From: Candidatus Eiseniibacteriota bacterium
GTDB lineage: Bacteria; Eisenbacteria; RBG-16-71-46; JABDJR01; JAWXBZ01
Assembly (NCBI GenBank): GCA_034440375.1
Contig: JAWXBZ010000196.1
Location: 1-37,498 of the forward strand
DNA: 37,498 nt
Direction of reading: 5' to 3'
Under the pieces are notes generated by a model. It made no database searches, was not told where the DNA came from, and worked only from the letters and a program-made list of their open reading frames with translations. The position numbers and the translations under genes are program-made. Below, piece by piece: positions 35,302 through 37,498 of this stretch (positions are counted from its first letter, which is position 1; every line of letters begins with the position of its first letter).

Positions 35302-36162
35302 ATGATCCGGCTTTCTGGATGTCTGCTGCTTCTTGCACTCATCAATGTGCCGACGGCGTCTGCCGATCTGGCGGTCTCACCGGCGACATCCCCGTTTACC
35401 CAGCCCGGTTTCTCGGGACGGTTGATTGCCCTGAATCAAATCGGCGGGACACCCTCCCGGCCTAAGGACGGTCCAAACGACCCGACACCCAGGACCCCAA
35501 ATGTGGTCAACCCGCGAAAGGCGATGCTCTACTCGCTCCTCCTGCCGGGACTCGGACAGCAGGTCGCCGGGCGAAAGGGACGGGCACGGGTTTTCTACGC
35601 CATCGAAGCGGGCATCTGGACCTCGTTCGCCATCTTTCGGGTCCAGTCTGACCAGCAGCAGGACCGCTATATTGAGTATGCGGAGTTCACAGCCGGCGCC
35701 GAGGCCTCCGGGAAAAATGACGAGTACTGGCGGACCCTGGCGCGCTACGAGCGGAGTGATCCCGGGCCGGGAAGTGCCAATGAATTCATCCGCCGTCAGG
35801 CCCGCGCCCTCTATCCAGGCGATCGCGCGGCGCAGGAAGATTACTTCGCCCGGAACGGCTACTTCGAGAACGAAACCTGGGACTGGCAGAATGCCGACAA
35901 TCTGGCCCGCTACCAGGGCCTCCGCAGCCGGAGCCTCGACTCCCGGGATCGGGCGGAGTTTTCGATTTTCGCGGCCATCGCCAACCGGGTGGTATCGGTC
36001 ATCGATGCGGCCCGCGTCGCTGGCCAGGCGAATCGTGCCGCCGCCCAGCCCCGCGGTGACACCGGGGGGGGCATTGGCAATCCGCTCCAGCACCTTGGTT
36101 TCAAGATGAAGAAAGACGGCGATGATCGTATTCCGATGGTCACCTGGAAAATGAAGTTCTGA
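35302..36162 (+). CDS. Conserved hypothetical envelope protein (DUF5683-like), paralogue of the upstream gene
   Basis: AGGAG RBS; signal peptide; NPRKAMLYSLLLPGLGQQVAG; WDW; AAIANRVVSVIDAA; terminal Phe. Confidence 0.75.
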   Translation: MIRLSGCLLLLALINVPTASADLAVSPATSPFTQPGFSGRLIALNQIGGTPSRPKDGPNDPTPRTPNVVNPRKAMLYSLLLPGLGQQVAGRKGRARVFYAIEAGIWTSFAIFRVQSDQQQDRYIEYAEFTAGAEASGKNDEYWRTLARYERSDPGPGSANEFIRRQARALYPGDRAAQEDYFARNGYFENETWDWQNADNLARYQGLRSRSLDSRDRAEFSIFAAIANRVVSVIDAARVAGQANRAAAQPRGDTGGGIGNPLQHLGFKMKKDGDDRIPMVTWKMKF

Positions 36163-37127
36163 TTCACCGAACCGCGTCCGTTCTCGCGGTCGTGCTTCTT
36201 CTTGTCGGCCTGAACTCCTGTGGCGGTACCGCGGTGCGCGTGGCCGCCGACCCGCCCACCCATCCCTCATCGGGGGCGATTCGGATCATTGGTCGGCTGA
36301 CACCTCCCCCCGGCGAAGGTCGATTCACGCCAACCTTCCTCGCCGTCGATCCGAAAGGCCGGCTCCTGGTGGCGGACGAAGCCCGTGGGGCCATCTTCGC
36401 CTACGACCGGCCGGAAGATCCGCCCATCGGCTGGCTGGCTGCGCCGATCGGCCAATCGGGCGGATCGCCGCGCTTCGTCGACATTCGCGGGATGGTGGCT
36501 TCCGCCGGCCTGAACCTGTTTGTCCTGGACGGTGGCACGGGGCGCATCTACCAGTTCGACCTGTCCTACGAGGCCCGCGGGCTGGTTCTTGACCTGGCGG
36601 GCGAGCGATTGGTTTCGCGCTTTGGTGACATCCGGGCGACGGCCTTGGCGATCGATCCGAGCGGCCAACCGATCGTGGTCGACGCGGCCGGCGACCGGCT
36701 TCTCGTTTTCGATCCGCAGTGGTCACCCCGCTTTGACCTGGGCGGCCCCGGCGCTTCGGCCGGTGGCTTCCGCGATCCGGCCGGCGTGGCCATCGGTCCG
36801 GGCGGACGGATCTGGGTGGCCGACCGGGGCAATCGCCTGGTATCGGTTCTCGATCCGGTCGGAGCCTTCCTGGTCGAGCATGAGTTTGACCACGCGCCGG
36901 AGTCGCTGGCGATCGATTCGTCCGGGAATGTCTACGTCGGCGATGCGGCCGGAGTCGTCACGATACTCTCTCGGGATGGTGGGCGAGCGACCATGCCGCC
37001 GGGCCGGGCGGGTGGCGGCACGGCCTATGTCGCTCTCAGCCCGGACGGGCGGCGTCTGTTCGTGGCGAGGCCGGTGGCGGGAATCGTCGAGGTTTACGAG
37101 GTGGTCCCCGCCGCAATGAAACCATGA
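36159..37127 (+). CDS. NHL-repeat (beta-propeller) lipoprotein
   Basis: Repeats FTPTFLAVDPKGRLLVAD, FRDPAGVAIGPGGRIWVADRGN, PESLAIDSSGNVYVGD; lipobox-like LNSC. Start GTG 36192 or CTG 36159. Confidence 0.8.
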   Translation: MIHRTASVLAVVLLLVGLNSCGGTAVRVAADPPTHPSSGAIRIIGRLTPPPGEGRFTPTFLAVDPKGRLLVADEARGAIFAYDRPEDPPIGWLAAPIGQSGGSPRFVDIRGMVASAGLNLFVLDGGTGRIYQFDLSYEARGLVLDLAGERLVSRFGDIRATALAIDPSGQPIVVDAAGDRLLVFDPQWSPRFDLGGPGASAGGFRDPAGVAIGPGGRIWVADRGNRLVSVLDPVGAFLVEHEFDHAPESLAIDSSGNVYVGDAAGVVTILSRDGGRATMPPGRAGGGTAYVALSPDGRRLFVARPVAGIVEVYEVVPAAMKP

Positions 37128-37498
37128 ACCGCCCGGACGCCCTTGCCGGGCTCCTGCTTCTGGCGACAATGATCGGTCCATCCTCCGCGGCCGGCGCCGG
37201 GCCATTGCGCCACGATGTCGCGGTCATGCCCCTCGACCGGGCTGTGTGCGTCGGTCGTCGCTTCCTCGAATCAGGCAGCGACAGCCTGACGCTTGCCGGG
37301 AGGCCGCTCCGGCGGGGCATCGACTACACGATGGACGCCGCACAGGGATGCTTCTTCCTGCTGCCGTCGGCCTTCCCGGATTCGTTGCCGCCACCCTTCA
37401 CCCTGGTGGTCTGGTATCGCCCGCTGCCGTTCCAGTTCGAACCGGTGTATGCCCGCCGCGACCTCACCCGTGGCAGCGGCGACGTGGCCCCGCCGGGA
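37124..37498 (+). CDS. 5' part of a secreted/outer-membrane hypothetical protein (runs off the right edge)
   Basis: Own translation: ATG 37124 overlapping the previous stop (ATGA); MNRPDALAGLLLLATMIGPSSAAGAG...FLESGSDSLTLAGRPLRRGIDYTMDAAQGCFFL...VWYRPLPFQF; open to window end. Confidence 0.75.
   Translation, partial: MNRPDALAGLLLLATMIGPSSAAGAGPLRHDVAVMPLDRAVCVGRRFLESGSDSLTLAGRPLRRGIDYTMDAAQGCFFLLPSAFPDSLPPPFTLVVWYRPLPFQFEPVYARRDLTRGSGDVAPPG

Noticed and set aside
11002-36071. G/C homopolymers of about 8 nt (e.g. 11002-11009, 28683-28690, 34479-34486, 36064-36071) as phase-variation tracts
   Set aside because: Short, reading frames are intact, and such runs are expected in GC-rich Gly codons.
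1-37498. CRISPR arrays, IS elements, integrases, prophage genes, tRNA/rRNA, inteins
   Set aside because: No regularly spaced repeats, transposase/integrase motifs, cloverleafs or intein insertions found on reading.

Overview
High-GC bacterial chromosomal window. Gene content (PorU/PorV homologues, several secreted proteins with T9SS type-A/FlgD-Ig-like C-terminal domains, DUF5683-like genes) suggests a non-Bacteroidota member of the FCB supergroup; this taxonomy is inference only. From left to right: a >1730-aa multidomain KP-43-like S8 protease (minus strand, runs off the window, absent from the ORF track); a DUF3798 lipoprotein-dependent ABC importer (4 genes); a peroxiredoxin; an SppA with an N-terminal PorV/FadL-like barrel; tatA, a Nudix gene and pyrE; an S8 + FG-GAP + CTD protease; a small FN3 lipoprotein preceded by a sigma-54 promoter motif; an M23 peptidase; dnaE-accA; a ~200-nt structured intergenic RNA candidate; a Trm112-family small protein (absent from the ORF track); then a co-oriented T9SS-like cluster (porU, porV, M6 metalloprotease + FG-GAP + CTD, two DUF5683-like paralogues, NHL-repeat lipoprotein, start of another secreted protein). 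No mobile elements, CRISPR arrays, tRNA or rRNA were seen. The main leads are the T9SS-like attachment locus, the barrel-SppA fusion, the candidate ncRNA, and repeated leaderless-mRNA promoter architecture. All family assignments are by motif recognition; no searches were run.
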